Of a stretch of DNA of 64,000 nt, positions 51,011-61,576 are shown one piece after another; the stretch's first letter is position 1; the number at the start of each line of letters is the position of its first letter. The stretch comes from Thermanaeromonas sp. (lineage in GTDB: Bacteria; Bacillota; DSM-521; Neomoorellales; Neomoorellaceae). Under the pieces are notes generated by a model. The model was not told where the DNA came from and searched no databases. It saw only the letters and a program-made list of their open reading frames with translations. Location: contig NZ_JAKKUR010000004.1 of NCBI RefSeq assembly GCF_021890735.1, positions 402 through 64,401 on the forward strand, read 5' to 3'. The position numbers and the translations under genes are program-made.

Positions 51011-54000
51011 ATGGCCGTGGACCCTAAAGTGATATGCAAAATAGAAGTCTTTCGCCGCCAGGGCCTGTGCCGTGTTTGGTTGGGAGAAGAGGGTTTGGAC
51101 CCAAAGGAAGAGGAAGCCTGGCTAAAATTTTGGAAGGAAGAGTTTCCAGGTTTGGAAATTGAACTGGAAAGGGTTGTTCGGGCAGAAGACCGTGAAAAGT
51201 CGTGGGAGGAGCAGGTTTTAGAAGAAGTAGCCCTCCATCTAAACAGAAGTGCAAGACCGTGGTTGGTCGGAGCACGGCTAATGGGCCGAGGAGACCGCTG
51301 GGAGCTTGTACTTCCCGGCCGCCTGGCCCACGAAATTTTAAATGAGGCAGGTTGCCGCACCATCCTTAAGAACATCCTCAGCGGTAAGCTGGGCTATCCT
51401 GTAGAAGTGCAAGTGAAATCTGATGACGAGTATAACCGGGAGCTGATGAGGGTTTCTCGGGAGAAGGAGATTAGAGAGATTCAAAGGGTTATACAGGCTG
51501 CGCAAAACCAGAACATTAAGCATAACGATGGTGGAAGTTCGGCGAATGCAGTACTTTTAGGCAAGAAAATTAAAGGGCAGGAGCGCCCCTTGAAAGATAT
51601 CCTGGATGAGGAACGGCAGGTAGTAGTAAAAGGTGAGGTAATGAATTTTTCTAGCCGGCTCCTAAAAAGTGGGAGAATGGTGCTCACCTTTGATCTTACG
51701 GACCGCACCGATAGTATAACGGTAAAAGCTTTTGTGTCCGATGGGCCTTTAAAAGAGAGAGGGTTGCAGGTTGGCGACTGGGTCTTAGTGCGGGGCGACG
51801 TACGGTATGACACGCATGCAGGTGAGCTTACGTTAATAGCTAAAGATATAGAGCTTACTCACCCCCGCCAGCGCCAAGACCTAGCTCCAGAAAAGAGGGT
51901 GGAGCTACACTTGCATACAAAAATGAGTGCTATGGATGGAGTGGCGGAGGTGGAGGAGGCCGTACGGTTGGCTGCCCTTTGGCAGCACGGTGCGGTGGCT
52001 ATTACTGATCACGGGGTGGTCCAGGCTTTCCCTGCGGCTGCCGAGGCAGCACAAAAGTACGGGGTTAAGGTGATATATGGAATGGAAGGTTACCTTTATG
52101 ATGACGAGCCAGGGCTGCCGCCTGATAAACAGAAAAGCTATCATATAGTCATCCTGGCCAAAAACCAGCAGGGGCTCTATAATCTTTACCGCCTAGTTTC
52201 CAAATCACACCTGGAATTTTTTTACCGCAAACCCCGCATACCCAGAAGACTTCTTAACGAATACCGGGAAGGTCTTCTGCTGGGTACAGCTTGCGAGGCG
52301 GGGGAGCTGGTACAGCATTACCTGGCAGGTGCAGGGGAAGAAGAACTGGCCAGTATCGCGTCTTTTTACGATTATCTAGAAATCCAGCCCCTCTCCAACA
52401 ACGAATTTTTGGTCCGGGAAGGGAAGCTTCCTGATGTGGAAGCCCTAAAAGAAATGAATAAGAGAATAGTAGAATTAGGCCGGAAGCTCAATAAGCCTGT
52501 AGTGGCTACAGGGGATGTGCACTTTTTAGAACCTGAAGATGCTATATTCCGTCAGATACTCCTTGCCGGTCAAGGTTATGAAGACGAAGTTCAGGCGCCC
52601 CTGTTCTACCGGACAACTGAGGAGATGTTGGAGGAATTTAGCTATTTGGGAGAGGAAATAGCAAAGGAGGTAGTTATAGATAACCCTCGGGCTATAGCGG
52701 AATGTATCGAGGAAGTTAAGCCTGTGCCTAGCGAGTTTTACCCGCCCGAGATCCCTGGAGCAGAGGAAGAACTGGTCCGCCTTGTCCAGGAGCAAGCCAG
52801 GGCATGGTATGGCGACCCTCTACCCCCTGTTGTACAGGCCCGCCTGGACAAAGAGTTAAATGCCATTATCAATCATGGTTTTGCCGTATTATACTTGATA
52901 GCTCACAAATTAGTAAAGAAGTCTAATGAAGATGGTTATATGGTGGGCTCACGGGGCTCCGTAGGTTCTTCCTTGGTGGCTACCTTAGCGGGCATTACAG
53001 AGGTTAACCCTCTGCCCCCCCATTACCGCTGCCCGAATTGCTGTTACAGCGAGTTCATAGAGGACGGAAGTTTCGCTTCTGGTGCTGACCTACCGGACAA
53101 ATCATGCCCCCGCTGCGGTGGCAAGTTGGAGAAGGATGGTCATGATATTCCCTTTGAGGTTTTTCTTGGTTTTAAAGGTGATAAGGTCCCGGATATCGAT
53201 CTCAATTTTTCAGGGGAATATCAGGCCCGCGCACACAGGTATGCTGAGGAGATGTTTGGTAAAGAGTGCGTTTTTCGGGCCGGCACTATCGCTACTTTGG
53301 CTGAGCGAACTGCCTTTGGTTTTGTGCAGAAGTTTTTAGAGGAACGCGGGCTAAACTTAAGGAAGGCTGAGATTAATAGATTAGTGCGAGGTTGTAGCGG
53401 AGTAAAGCGTACTACAGGACAGCACCCAGGGGGCCTTATGGTTGTTCCCAAGGGACTAGATGTACACCTGTTTACTCCGCTGCAGCATCCGGCAGATGAC
53501 CAGGACAGCGAAGTGATAACTACCCACTTTGATTACGAAGCCTTGAGTGAGCGGCTGGTAAAATTAGACCTTTTGGGCCACGATGATCCTACCGTACTTA
53601 AAATGTTAGAAGACCTGACTGGAGTACCGCCCAAGAGTATCCCTTTAGATGAAAAGAAAACCCTTTCCCTGTTTTCTAGTGTGGAGGCTTTAGGAGTTAG
53701 ACCTGAAGATATAGGCTCGCAAGTAGGGACTATAGGCATTCCGGAATTTGGTACCCGCTTCGTCCGACAGATGTTGGAGGAAACAAGACCCAAGACTTTT
53801 TCTGAGCTTGTTCGCATCAGCGGGTTTTCCCATGGGACGGATGTTTGGTTAAACAATGCGCAGGAGTTGATTAGGGAAGGCATAGCCAAGTTAGGCGAGG
53901 CTATTTCTACCCGGGATGATATAATGAACTTCTTAATTCAGAGGGGAGTAGCACCTGAGATTGCCTTCCGGGTTATGGAGGACGTTCGGAAGGGTAAAGG

Positions 54001-54610
54001 GGTAAAAGCAGAGTATGAAGAAGCCATGAGGGACGCGGGTGTTCCGGAATGGTTCATTAATTCCTGCAAAAAGATTACTTATCTCTTCCCTAAGGCCCAT
54101 GCTGTAGCCTATGTTATGATGGCCTTCCGGATCGCTTTTTATAAGGTATATTACCCTGAGGCCTTCTATGCAGCCTTCTTTAGCGTAAGGGCCGAGGAAT
54201 TCGACGCTGACATCATCTGTCAAGGACCGGAACGGATCCGCCAGGAGATCGAAATCTTAGAGCGGAAAGGTAGTGAAGCAACGGCCAGAGACAAAAACTT
54301 TCTTACCATTTTAGAGGTAGCCCGGGAGATGTTTTGCCGAGGTATAAAGCTAAAGAGGGTAGACATTGCGAGGTCAGATGCTACGCGCTTTCTTGTTGCA
54401 CCTGGTGAGCTTTTACCTCCCTTGGCTGCTTTAGCTGGAGTAGGGAAGGCGGCTGCAGAGGCTATCGTGCGAGCCCGGCAGGAGAAACCTTTTACTTCTG
54501 TAGAAGACCTTCAGCGGCGGGCCCGGGTTAATCGGGCAGTCCTAGAGGTTTTGGAAAGGCATGGCTGCCTGTCCGGCCTTCCGGCCACAGATCAACTGGT
54601 GCTTTTTTAG
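51011..54610 (+). CDS. polC: DNA polymerase III PolC (no exonuclease insert)
   Basis: OB fold; PHP (ELHLHT, ITDHG); catalytic VPDIDLNF; GSRGSVGSS; Zn ribbon; KLDLLGHD; ATG 51011 after AGGGGGA. Confidence 0.96.
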   Translation: MAVDPKVICKIEVFRRQGLCRVWLGEEGLDPKEEEAWLKFWKEEFPGLEIELERVVRAEDREKSWEEQVLEEVALHLNRSARPWLVGARLMGRGDRWELVLPGRLAHEILNEAGCRTILKNILSGKLGYPVEVQVKSDDEYNRELMRVSREKEIREIQRVIQAAQNQNIKHNDGGSSANAVLLGKKIKGQERPLKDILDEERQVVVKGEVMNFSSRLLKSGRMVLTFDLTDRTDSITVKAFVSDGPLKERGLQVGDWVLVRGDVRYDTHAGELTLIAKDIELTHPRQRQDLAPEKRVELHLHTKMSAMDGVAEVEEAVRLAALWQHGAVAITDHGVVQAFPAAAEAAQKYGVKVIYGMEGYLYDDEPGLPPDKQKSYHIVILAKNQQGLYNLYRLVSKSHLEFFYRKPRIPRRLLNEYREGLLLGTACEAGELVQHYLAGAGEEELASIASFYDYLEIQPLSNNEFLVREGKLPDVEALKEMNKRIVELGRKLNKPVVATGDVHFLEPEDAIFRQILLAGQGYEDEVQAPLFYRTTEEMLEEFSYLGEEIAKEVVIDNPRAIAECIEEVKPVPSEFYPPEIPGAEEELVRLVQEQARAWYGDPLPPVVQARLDKELNAIINHGFAVLYLIAHKLVKKSNEDGYMVGSRGSVGSSLVATLAGITEVNPLPPHYRCPNCCYSEFIEDGSFASGADLPDKSCPRCGGKLEKDGHDIPFEVFLGFKGDKVPDIDLNFSGEYQARAHRYAEEMFGKECVFRAGTIATLAERTAFGFVQKFLEERGLNLRKAEINRLVRGCSGVKRTTGQHPGGLMVVPKGLDVHLFTPLQHPADDQDSEVITTHFDYEALSERLVKLDLLGHDDPTVLKMLEDLTGVPPKSIPLDEKKTLSLFSSVEALGVRPEDIGSQVGTIGIPEFGTRFVRQMLEETRPKTFSELVRISGFSHGTDVWLNNAQELIREGIAKLGEAISTRDDIMNFLIQRGVAPEIAFRVMEDVRKGKGVKAEYEEAMRDAGVPEWFINSCKKITYLFPKAHAVAYVMMAFRIAFYKVYYPEAFYAAFFSVRAEEFDADIICQGPERIRQEIEILERKGSEATARDKNFLTILEVAREMFCRGIKLKRVDIARSDATRFLVAPGELLPPLAALAGVGKAAAEAIVRARQEKPFTSVEDLQRRARVNRAVLEVLERHGCLSGLPATDQLVLF

Positions 54611-54663
54611 ATGTTGTTTTATTAGGTTTGTTTGGCGTGTTAAACAGTTCAATGGTATTTTGT

Positions 54664-54703
54664 TTAAGTAGAGCGCTCCTTAGAAAGGAAGCGCTCTACT
54701 TAA
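54664..54703. terminator. Strong hairpin after polC (probable terminator)
   Basis: 14-bp arms TTAAGTAGAGCGCT/AGCGCTCTACTTAA; the U-tract is short. Confidence 0.6.
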
Positions 54704-54724
54704 ATTAAAAAACGCAGCTAAAAA

Positions 54725-54754
54725 GAAGGAAACATTGTAGTTATTGGCGAATAA
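54725..54754 (+). promoter_or_regulatory. sigmaH-type promoter upstream of the liv operon
   Basis: GAAGGAAAC-12 nt-GGCGAATAA. Confidence 0.55.
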
Positions 54755-54909
54755 AAAGGCATTTGAGTTTTGACCTGAAGCTCTTCAGAAGGGGGGTAGA
54801 CTTTAGAATTAATAGGGAGCTTAGATGTAATTAAGTTCAGATACCTAGATACTTGATTTATCGAATTACATTGAAGCTGGTTCTTGGAGGAAGGAGGAAC
54901 GGGTTCCTT

Positions 54910-56076
54910 ATGCTTCTAAAGAGGATAAAAAAAGGCAGATTTATTCTACTGAGCTTGTTTGTGGCCGTTGCTCTTGCTTTAACAGGTTGTAGCGGTAAAA
55001 CCGCCCAGACAAATACGGGAGAAAAGACCATAAAGATTGGATTTATGGGGCCCCTTACGGGCGACGCAAAAACATTCGGGGAATCTACGAGAAACGCTTT
55101 CCTTCTGGCGCTGGAACAGGCGGGGATGAAAGCAGGAGAATATAAAATTGAGCACGTGATCACCGATGATCGCAACGATGCTACGGAAGCTGTAAACGTG
55201 GTCGACAAACTTATATCCCAAGATAAAGTCCAGGCTATTGTCGGTTCCGTAACTTCCAGGACTACTATTGCTGTCTCGGAGATCGCCAACAGTAAAAAGG
55301 TGGTTCTGATTAGTCCTACCGCAACAGCCGAGAAAGTTACTGTGGATAATAACCAGCGCAAAGAGTTTGTCTTCCGGGCATGCTTCTTGGATCCCTTCCA
55401 AGGGGAGATAGCAGCCCGGTTTGCCCGGGAAAATCTTAATGCCCAGACGGCTGCTATTCTTTACGACCAAGGAAACGACTATAGCAAAGGGTTGGCTGAA
55501 GCCTTCAGAAAGAGCTTTGAAGCCCTTGGAGGACAAATAGTAGCTTCTGAGGCTTACTCCAAGGACGACCAAGATTTTTCGGCTGTGTTAACCAACATCG
55601 CGCAGAAAAACCCCGATATACTTTACCTTCCAGATTATTACGGGAAAGTTTCTTTAATTGGTAAGCAAGCGCGAAATAAAGGTATTAAAGCTGTGTTCCT
55701 TGGCGGGGACGGCTGGGATTCTCCTGAACTGGACTTTGCAGCCATGGAGGGCGGTTACTTTACCAATCACTATTCTCCTGATGATCCGCGTTCTGAAGTC
55801 CAAAAATGGATCCAGGATTATAAATCAAAATATGGTGCTGTACCGGATGCTTTCGCCACTTTAGCCTATGATGCCACCAATCTCCTGCTAAATGCTATTA
55901 AGACGGCTAACAGCAATGACCCCGTTAAAATCAAAGAAGCCCTCCAGGCTACCCGGGATTTTCCCGGGGTTACGGGTAAGATTACCTTCAACGCTAACGG
56001 AGACCCCGTTAAACCTGCTCATATTATACAGATCAAAGGTGGAAAGCAAGTTTACGTGACCACGATAAATCCGTAG
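54910..56076 (+). CDS. livK: Branched-chain amino acid-type ABC transporter substrate-binding lipoprotein
   Basis: Lipobox ALTGC, IKIGFMGPLTG, type I periplasmic-binding fold; substrate not proven. Confidence 0.88.
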   Translation: MLLKRIKKGRFILLSLFVAVALALTGCSGKTAQTNTGEKTIKIGFMGPLTGDAKTFGESTRNAFLLALEQAGMKAGEYKIEHVITDDRNDATEAVNVVDKLISQDKVQAIVGSVTSRTTIAVSEIANSKKVVLISPTATAEKVTVDNNQRKEFVFRACFLDPFQGEIAARFARENLNAQTAAILYDQGNDYSKGLAEAFRKSFEALGGQIVASEAYSKDDQDFSAVLTNIAQKNPDILYLPDYYGKVSLIGKQARNKGIKAVFLGGDGWDSPELDFAAMEGGYFTNHYSPDDPRSEVQKWIQDYKSKYGAVPDAFATLAYDATNLLLNAIKTANSNDPVKIKEALQATRDFPGVTGKITFNANGDPVKPAHIIQIKGGKQVYVTTINP

Positions 56077-56091
56077 TTTAATAAACTACAT

Positions 56092-56113
56092 GGAGGGGCG
56101 CTGGCGCCCCTCC
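56092..56113 (+). other. GC-rich intercistronic hairpin between livK and livH
   Basis: GGAGGGGCG-ctgg-CGCCCCTCC. Confidence 0.7.
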
Positions 56114-56144
56114 CCTTTAAGTTAGAGGGAGGGGGTAAAGGCCT

Positions 56145-57029
56145 TTGGAACGCTTGCTGGAGCAAATCATTAACGGCCTTCAATTGGGTTTCGTGTATGC
56201 TTTAATTGCCTTAGGGTATACCATGGTGTACGGAATAATTAAGCTCATTAACTTTGCGCATGGCGATGTTTTCATGATTGGCGCGTTCATCGGGTACTTC
56301 GCTTATACCTTTTGGGGATTTTCCCTCTGGGGAGCCGTACTTATAGCTATGATTCTGTGCGCGGTGCTGGGGGTTCTTATAGAACGTATAGCTTACCGCC
56401 CTTTAAGATATGCCCCGCGCATAGCCGCCCTTATAAGCGCTTTAGGCGTCTCTCTTTTTTTGGAGTATTTTTGTAGTCTTAAATTCGTCTTCGGGCCCAA
56501 CTTTCGGGTAGTACAGCCCCCTGTAAAGCAAATACATTGGAATTTGGGTGGTATACCTATCACTAATATTCAGATCATAATTGTGGCCGTGGTGATCCTG
56601 CTGCTCCTTGTTTTACAGTATCTTGTCTACCGGACCAAGATAGGTACAGCTATGCGGGCGGTTTCCTTTGACCATGATGCTGCGCGTTTAATGGGGATAA
56701 ACGTGGACTTTATAATTGCCTTTACCTTCGCCTTGGGTTCAGCTTTGGCTGCAGCAGGGGGAGTGTTGTATACTTTAGCATATCCCCAGATTCATCCCTT
56801 TATGGGTATCATGCCCGGCTTGAAAGCTTTTACAGCAGCGGTCTTGGGCGGCATAGGGATCATCCCCGGGGCGGTCCTCGGTTCCCTCATTATGGGCCAG
56901 GTGGAAACCCTTACAGCAGCCTACCTTACTTCTCAGATGAGGGATGCTATAGCCTTTTTAATTCTTATCATTGTGCTCCTGGTCCGGCCTTCAGGTATTC
57001 TGGGGCGTGGCGGGCCCGAAAAAGTGTAA
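56145..57029 (+). CDS. livH: ABC permease LivH
   Basis: YALIALGYTMVYGIIKLINFAHG, GLKAFTAAVLGGIG. Confidence 0.92.
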   Translation: MERLLEQIINGLQLGFVYALIALGYTMVYGIIKLINFAHGDVFMIGAFIGYFAYTFWGFSLWGAVLIAMILCAVLGVLIERIAYRPLRYAPRIAALISALGVSLFLEYFCSLKFVFGPNFRVVQPPVKQIHWNLGGIPITNIQIIIVAVVILLLLVLQYLVYRTKIGTAMRAVSFDHDAARLMGINVDFIIAFTFALGSALAAAGGVLYTLAYPQIHPFMGIMPGLKAFTAAVLGGIGIIPGAVLGSLIMGQVETLTAAYLTSQMRDAIAFLILIIVLLVRPSGILGRGGPEKV

Positions 57030-57055
57030 TGCTAGGACGGAGGGTGTGAGGTATT

Positions 57056-58096
57056 TTGGAAAGGTATTTTTGCACGCTTTTACGTAGACGAGAACGCGTG
57101 CGTTTAGCACTTTTAGGAGGCTTGCTGGCTTCCCTGTACGGGGCTTTGAAACTATTGAGCCTAGCAGGGCTGATAAATGAGTACTGGCAAAGAGTACTGG
57201 ATCAAGCATTGATTACTACCATAGGAGCCCTAGGATTAAGTATTATTTATGGCTTTGCTGGACAGTTCTCTTTAGGTCATGCAGCCTTTTACGGTATAGG
57301 TGCCTACACAGCAGGAATAATAGGCAAAGTATGGAGTCAAGGTAGCATAACCTTTTTTTTACTAGCCCTCCTGGCCGGGACCTTGGCAGCTAGTTTCATA
57401 GCCTTCCTACTAGGGATACCCATTTTGAGGCTGCGCTCTGATTATTTAGGAATAGCTACCCTGGGGTTTGGCGTAATAGTGAGGGTAGCGTTGGAAAATT
57501 CCAATAGGTTTTACCCCCCTTTAGGTGGCGCCACCGGAATGACAGGGATTCCTCAAGTAGCCAACTTCGACTGGATTTTTTGGTTTACGGTAGGTACGCT
57601 CATATTGGTGTGTAATCTGATTGCCTCAAGTTACGGACGGGCATGGCTTAGTATCCGAGAGGATGAAATGGCAGCTGATACTTTAGGAATCAATACTACG
57701 CGCTATAAAATCACAGCTTTCGTATTAGGATGCGGTCTGGCTGGGCTGGCAGGTGGGCTTTATGCTTACCGCTACCCTTACCTTCATCCCAGTAGCTTCG
57801 ATTTCCTCAAATCTTTTGATTTCCTTCTTATAGTTGTTTTAGGAGGGTTGGGAAGTATATCAGGTACTGTAGTTACGGCTATTTGTTGGGTCTTCCTACT
57901 GGAAGGATTAAGGATAATTCTGGGGCAGGCTTTTGTGGACTGGCGGGGAGTAATTTACGCGGTGATTTTAATTGTAACCGTTCTTCTTCGTCCCCAAGGC
58001 CTCTTTAGCGGCAAGGAGTGGAGGCTGTTATTCCCTTCCAGGGACCAGGATGGAACATGGGGGAAGGAGGGGAAACATGCCTCTCTTAGAGGTTAG
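57056..58096 (+). CDS. livM: ABC permease LivM
   Basis: GQFSLGHAAFYGIGAY, RLRSDYLGIATLGF, IREDE.AA. Confidence 0.92.
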   Translation: MERYFCTLLRRRERVRLALLGGLLASLYGALKLLSLAGLINEYWQRVLDQALITTIGALGLSIIYGFAGQFSLGHAAFYGIGAYTAGIIGKVWSQGSITFFLLALLAGTLAASFIAFLLGIPILRLRSDYLGIATLGFGVIVRVALENSNRFYPPLGGATGMTGIPQVANFDWIFWFTVGTLILVCNLIASSYGRAWLSIREDEMAADTLGINTTRYKITAFVLGCGLAGLAGGLYAYRYPYLHPSSFDFLKSFDFLLIVVLGGLGSISGTVVTAICWVFLLEGLRIILGQAFVDWRGVIYAVILIVTVLLRPQGLFSGKEWRLLFPSRDQDGTWGKEGKHASLRG

Positions 58097-58856
58097 GGAC
58101 CTGTGCAAGGATTTCGGAGGGCTAAGGGCCGTATCCAACTTTCAGCTTAAGATGGAACAGGGAGAGATAGTGGGCCTTATCGGCCCGAATGGAGCAGGTA
58201 AAACTACTGTGTTTAATTTAATTACGGGACTTATCCCTCCTACTTCCGGGAGCATCATATTTCAAGGAGAAAACCTGGTAGGGCTGCCCCCGTATAGGAT
58301 AGCAGCCAAGGGAATCGCCCGTACCTTCCAAAACATACGGCTCTTTAAGGATATGAGCGTATTGGATAACGTACGTGCAATTCTCCACGTCCATAACGGG
58401 TATGGTTTTTGGGATGCTGCTTTACACAGCCCGCGGTTTGCTAAAAAAGAGGAAGAGATCCTAGCTCGGGCAAGGGAGTTATTAGAGGTAGTAAACTTGG
58501 AGACCCGTAGCCGGGATCCGGCAAGGAGTCTTCCTTATGGTGACCAGCGGCGCTTGGAGATAGCGAGGGCTTTGGCTCTACGGCCTAAGCTCCTTCTTTT
58601 GGATGAACCAGCAGCCGGAATGAATCCCCGGGAAGTGGCCTCCTTGACGGAGTTGATCCGTTTCATTAAGGACAAGTTCCAACTTACAGTACTATTAATT
58701 GAACACCAGATGGGTCTGGTAATGAACCTGTGTGAGAGGATAGTGGTGATGGATTTCGGAGAAATTATCGCGGAAGGAACACCGCATGAGGTGAGCAATA
58801 ATCCTGTAGTCCTAGAGGCGTATCTGGGGAAGGGGGCTGTAGTTAACCGGTGTTAG
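58077..58856 (+). CDS. livG: ABC ATPase LivG
   Basis: [32 protein letters not shown]. Confidence 0.94.
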   Translation: MPLLEVRDLCKDFGGLRAVSNFQLKMEQGEIVGLIGPNGAGKTTVFNLITGLIPPTSGSIIFQGENLVGLPPYRIAAKGIARTFQNIRLFKDMSVLDNVRAILHVHNGYGFWDAALHSPRFAKKEEEILARARELLEVVNLETRSRDPARSLPYGDQRRLEIARALALRPKLLLLDEPAAGMNPREVASLTELIRFIKDKFQLTVLLIEHQMGLVMNLCERIVVMDFGEIIAEGTPHEVSNNPVVLEAYLGKGAVVNRC

Positions 58857-59569
58857 AAGTTAAAGATTTGGAAGTATTTTACGGTTCTATCCAGGCCCTT
58901 CACCGTATTTCTTTTAAAATTAACGAGGGAGAAATTGTCACCCTTATAGGAGCCAATGGGGCCGGAAAGTCTACGACTTTACGCACCATTTCGGGGTTGG
59001 TACGGCCACGCAGCGGAAAGGTGGTTTTTCGTGGAACGGATATAACCCAAGTTCCAGCTCACACTATAGTGCGTATGGGCATAGCGCAGGTGCCGGAAGG
59101 GCGGAGGATTTTTTCTAACCTTACGGTCTTGGAGAATTTGCTAATGGGGGCTTATACCAGGAACAACAAGCAAGAGGTCGAAGAGAACTTGGAAAGGGTG
59201 TTCAAAAGTTTTCCGCGGTTGAAGGAACGGATAAAGCAGCTAGCGGGAACCCTTTCAGGTGGTGAACAGCAGATGCTGGCCATGGGCCGAAGCTTAATGT
59301 CCAGGCCTTCCTTGCTCCTCCTGGATGAGCCCTCTATGGGATTGTCTCCTATTATGGTGGAGGAGATATTCGAGATTATAAAAAACATTAACCATGAAGG
59401 TACGACGGTTCTTTTGGTGGAGCAGAACGCGTTTATGGCCTTGCAGATTGCCCACCGGGCTTATGTGTTGGAAACCGGTAGAATAGTGTTGGAAGGACCA
59501 GCTAAAGAGGTGCGGGATAACCCAAGGGTACGTACAGCCTATCTAGGAGAGCTTGCCTTTGTAAGCTAG
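58850..59569 (+). CDS. livF: ABC ATPase LivF
   Basis: GANGAGKST, LSGGEQQML, LLDEPSMGL. Confidence 0.94.
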   Translation: MLEVKDLEVFYGSIQALHRISFKINEGEIVTLIGANGAGKSTTLRTISGLVRPRSGKVVFRGTDITQVPAHTIVRMGIAQVPEGRRIFSNLTVLENLLMGAYTRNNKQEVEENLERVFKSFPRLKERIKQLAGTLSGGEQQMLAMGRSLMSRPSLLLLDEPSMGLSPIMVEEIFEIIKNINHEGTTVLLVEQNAFMALQIAHRAYVLETGRIVLEGPAKEVRDNPRVRTAYLGELAFVS

Positions 59570-59596
59570 GCGAATCGGTTCTAAGGGTTTTAAGGG

Positions 59597-59625
59597 TTGC
59601 AGAGGGAGGAAAGCTGTGTTATACT
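59597..59625 (+). promoter_or_regulatory. sigmaA promoter of the rimP-nusA-infB operon
   Basis: TTGCAG-17 nt-TATACT with extended TG. Confidence 0.75.
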
Positions 59626-59672
59626 AGGGCTAGCATAGACTTCTAGCTTTGTCGGTACGATTTTTGGCAGGG

Positions 59673-59699
59673 AAAGAGTGGGTTTAAGCCCACTCTTTT
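59673..59699 (+). promoter_or_regulatory. rimP leader hairpin (attenuator-type)
   Basis: AAAGAGTGGG-tttaag-CCCACTCTTT(T); GAGTGGG/CCCACTC is the stem typical of rimP leaders. Confidence 0.8.
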
Positions 59700-59719
59700 A
59701 TCTTGAGGAGGTAATTCCT

Positions 59720-60187
59720 TTGAGCAAGATAGCGGCTGCTGTTGAGGGCTTAGTAGCTCCCATTATAGAAAGGATGGGCTACGAGCTGGTAGATGTAGAA
59801 TACTGCAAAGAGGGACAGAGGTATTTTTTACGGATATTTATCGACGGGCCGGATGGTATAACCCTAGAGGATTGCGAACGGGTAAGCGAAGTAGTAGGGG
59901 AGGAGCTCGACCGGGTCGATCCCATTCCTCATAGCTACTATTTAGAGGTGTCCTCTCCCGGTGTTGAAAGGCCGCTTAAAAAAGATACCGACTACCAGCG
60001 CTTCCGCGGCCGCTTGGTTAGCGTGCAGACCTTCGCCCCTGTAGAAGGGCGAAAAAGGTTTGAGGGCCGGCTTTTGGGTCTGGAAGGGGATGAGGTCCAT
60101 ATACTAAGTAGCACCGGTGAACATTTTAGGATCCCCCGTCCAGCCATAGCTAGGGCGAGATTAAAGTATGAGCCGGGAAAGGAGTGA
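59720..60187 (+). CDS. rimP: Ribosome maturation factor RimP
   Basis: LRIFIDGPDGITLEDC, YYLEVSSPGVERPL; TTG 59720 after GAGGAGGT. Confidence 0.96.
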   Translation: MSKIAAAVEGLVAPIIERMGYELVDVEYCKEGQRYFLRIFIDGPDGITLEDCERVSEVVGEELDRVDPIPHSYYLEVSSPGVERPLKKDTDYQRFRGRLVSVQTFAPVEGRKRFEGRLLGLEGDEVHILSSTGEHFRIPRPAIARARLKYEPGKE

Positions 60188-60200
60188 AGGGGCTTTAAGG

Positions 60201-61274
60201 ATGAATACAGAGTTTATTCATGCTTTAAAGGATTTAGAGCGGGAAAAGGGCTTACAATTGGGGGTACTTTTGGAGGCCATTGAAGCCGCTTTGGTTTCTG
60301 CCTATAAGAAAAATTTCGGTTCAGCACAGAACGTACGTATCGAGATACATCCCGAGACAGGGGAGATAAAAGTACTGGCCCAAAAAAGGATAGTAGAGAA
60401 GGTGAATGATCCCCGGGTGGAGATAAGCCTGGAAGAAGCCAGAAAGTTAAACGTTAACTACGAGGTAGGAGATATAGTAGAAAAAGAAGTTACCCCTAAA
60501 GAATTCGGTCGAATAGCAGCCCAGACGGCCAAGCAGGTTGTTATCCAACGCATCCGCGAAGCGGAAAGGAATCTAATTTATGAGGAATTTGTCGCCCGGG
60601 AAAACGATATAGCTACAGGCATTATACGAAGACAAGAAGGAAGAAATTGGATTGTCGATCTGGGTCGTGCTGAGGCTATAATGACACCCTCGGAGCAGAT
60701 ACCCTCTGAGACGTATACTCAGGGAGACAGGATAAAAGTTTACATTTTGGAAGTCAAAAAAACAACTAAAGGCCCTCAGATCTTCGTATCCCGCACCCAT
60801 CCCGGGTTGCTCAAGCGGCTTTTCGAACTGGAAGTACCTGAAATCCACGACGGTATAGTAGAGATAAAAGGGGTTGCCCGTGAAGCAGGGACCAGGTCGA
60901 AAATAGCAGTACATTCCCGGGATGAGAAGGTGGATCCCGTAGGAGCCTGCGTAGGACCTAAAGGGATCCGGGTTCAGGCGGTGGTGAACGAATTGCGGGG
61001 AGAAAAAATAGATATTATCAAATGGAGTGATGACCCCGCTGTATTTGTTGCTAATTCTTTAAGCCCGGCCCGTGTTTTGGATGTAGAGATCGATTACGAG
61101 AACAGGATAGGGCGGGTTATCGTACCAGACAATCAGTTATCGTTAGCGATAGGTAAGGAGGGGCAAAATGCCCGCCTGGCAGCTAAGCTTACGGGTTGGA
61201 AAATCGACATCAAAAGTGAAAGCGAGGCGGGTGACTGGCACGGGTGGGATGATGAGGAGGATTTTGAGTTTTAA
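60201..61274 (+). CDS. nusA: Transcription factor NusA
   Basis: [48 protein letters not shown]. Confidence 0.98.
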   Translation: MNTEFIHALKDLEREKGLQLGVLLEAIEAALVSAYKKNFGSAQNVRIEIHPETGEIKVLAQKRIVEKVNDPRVEISLEEARKLNVNYEVGDIVEKEVTPKEFGRIAAQTAKQVVIQRIREAERNLIYEEFVARENDIATGIIRRQEGRNWIVDLGRAEAIMTPSEQIPSETYTQGDRIKVYILEVKKTTKGPQIFVSRTHPGLLKRLFELEVPEIHDGIVEIKGVAREAGTRSKIAVHSRDEKVDPVGACVGPKGIRVQAVVNELRGEKIDIIKWSDDPAVFVANSLSPARVLDVEIDYENRIGRVIVPDNQLSLAIGKEGQNARLAAKLTGWKIDIKSESEAGDWHGWDDEEDFEF

Positions 61275-61303
61275 GTTTTAGGTGGTTTGGAGGAGAAAGG
61301 AAG

Positions 61304-61576
61304 GTGCCACGTCCGAGGAAAATACCTTTGCGTATGTGCGTGGGATGTAAAGCCCGTAAAGACAAACGGGAATTGATACGGATAGTGCGCACACCAGAGC
61401 ACGAGGTGCTTATCGACCCTACAGGTAAGAAGGCTGGTCGGGGGGCTTATATTTGCCCTAAATTGGAGTGCCTTAAGAAAGCGGCCAAAAGCCGGGCCTT
61501 AGAGAAAGCTTTAGGAGTACAAATCAGCCCCGAAATTCTCGCTGAATTAGAAGCGAGTTTGCAGGATGAATCCTGA
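61304..61576 (+). CDS. ylxR: YlxR (DUF448) RNA-binding protein
   Basis: KIPLRMCVGC...KRELIRIVR...GRGAYIC. Confidence 0.93.
   Translation: MPRPRKIPLRMCVGCKARKDKRELIRIVRTPEHEVLIDPTGKKAGRGAYICPKLECLKKAAKSRALEKALGVQISPEILAELEASLQDES

Noticed and set aside
54704-54909. CodY box or T-box upstream of the liv operon
   Set aside because: The best TTCAGAA cores have more than 5 mismatches to the CodY consensus, and there is no T-box GGTGGTACC motif; the CTGAAG-ct-CTTCAG palindrome at 54775 is too short to support alone
60201-61274. NusA lacking the C-terminal acidic repeats
   Set aside because: Normal for Firmicutes
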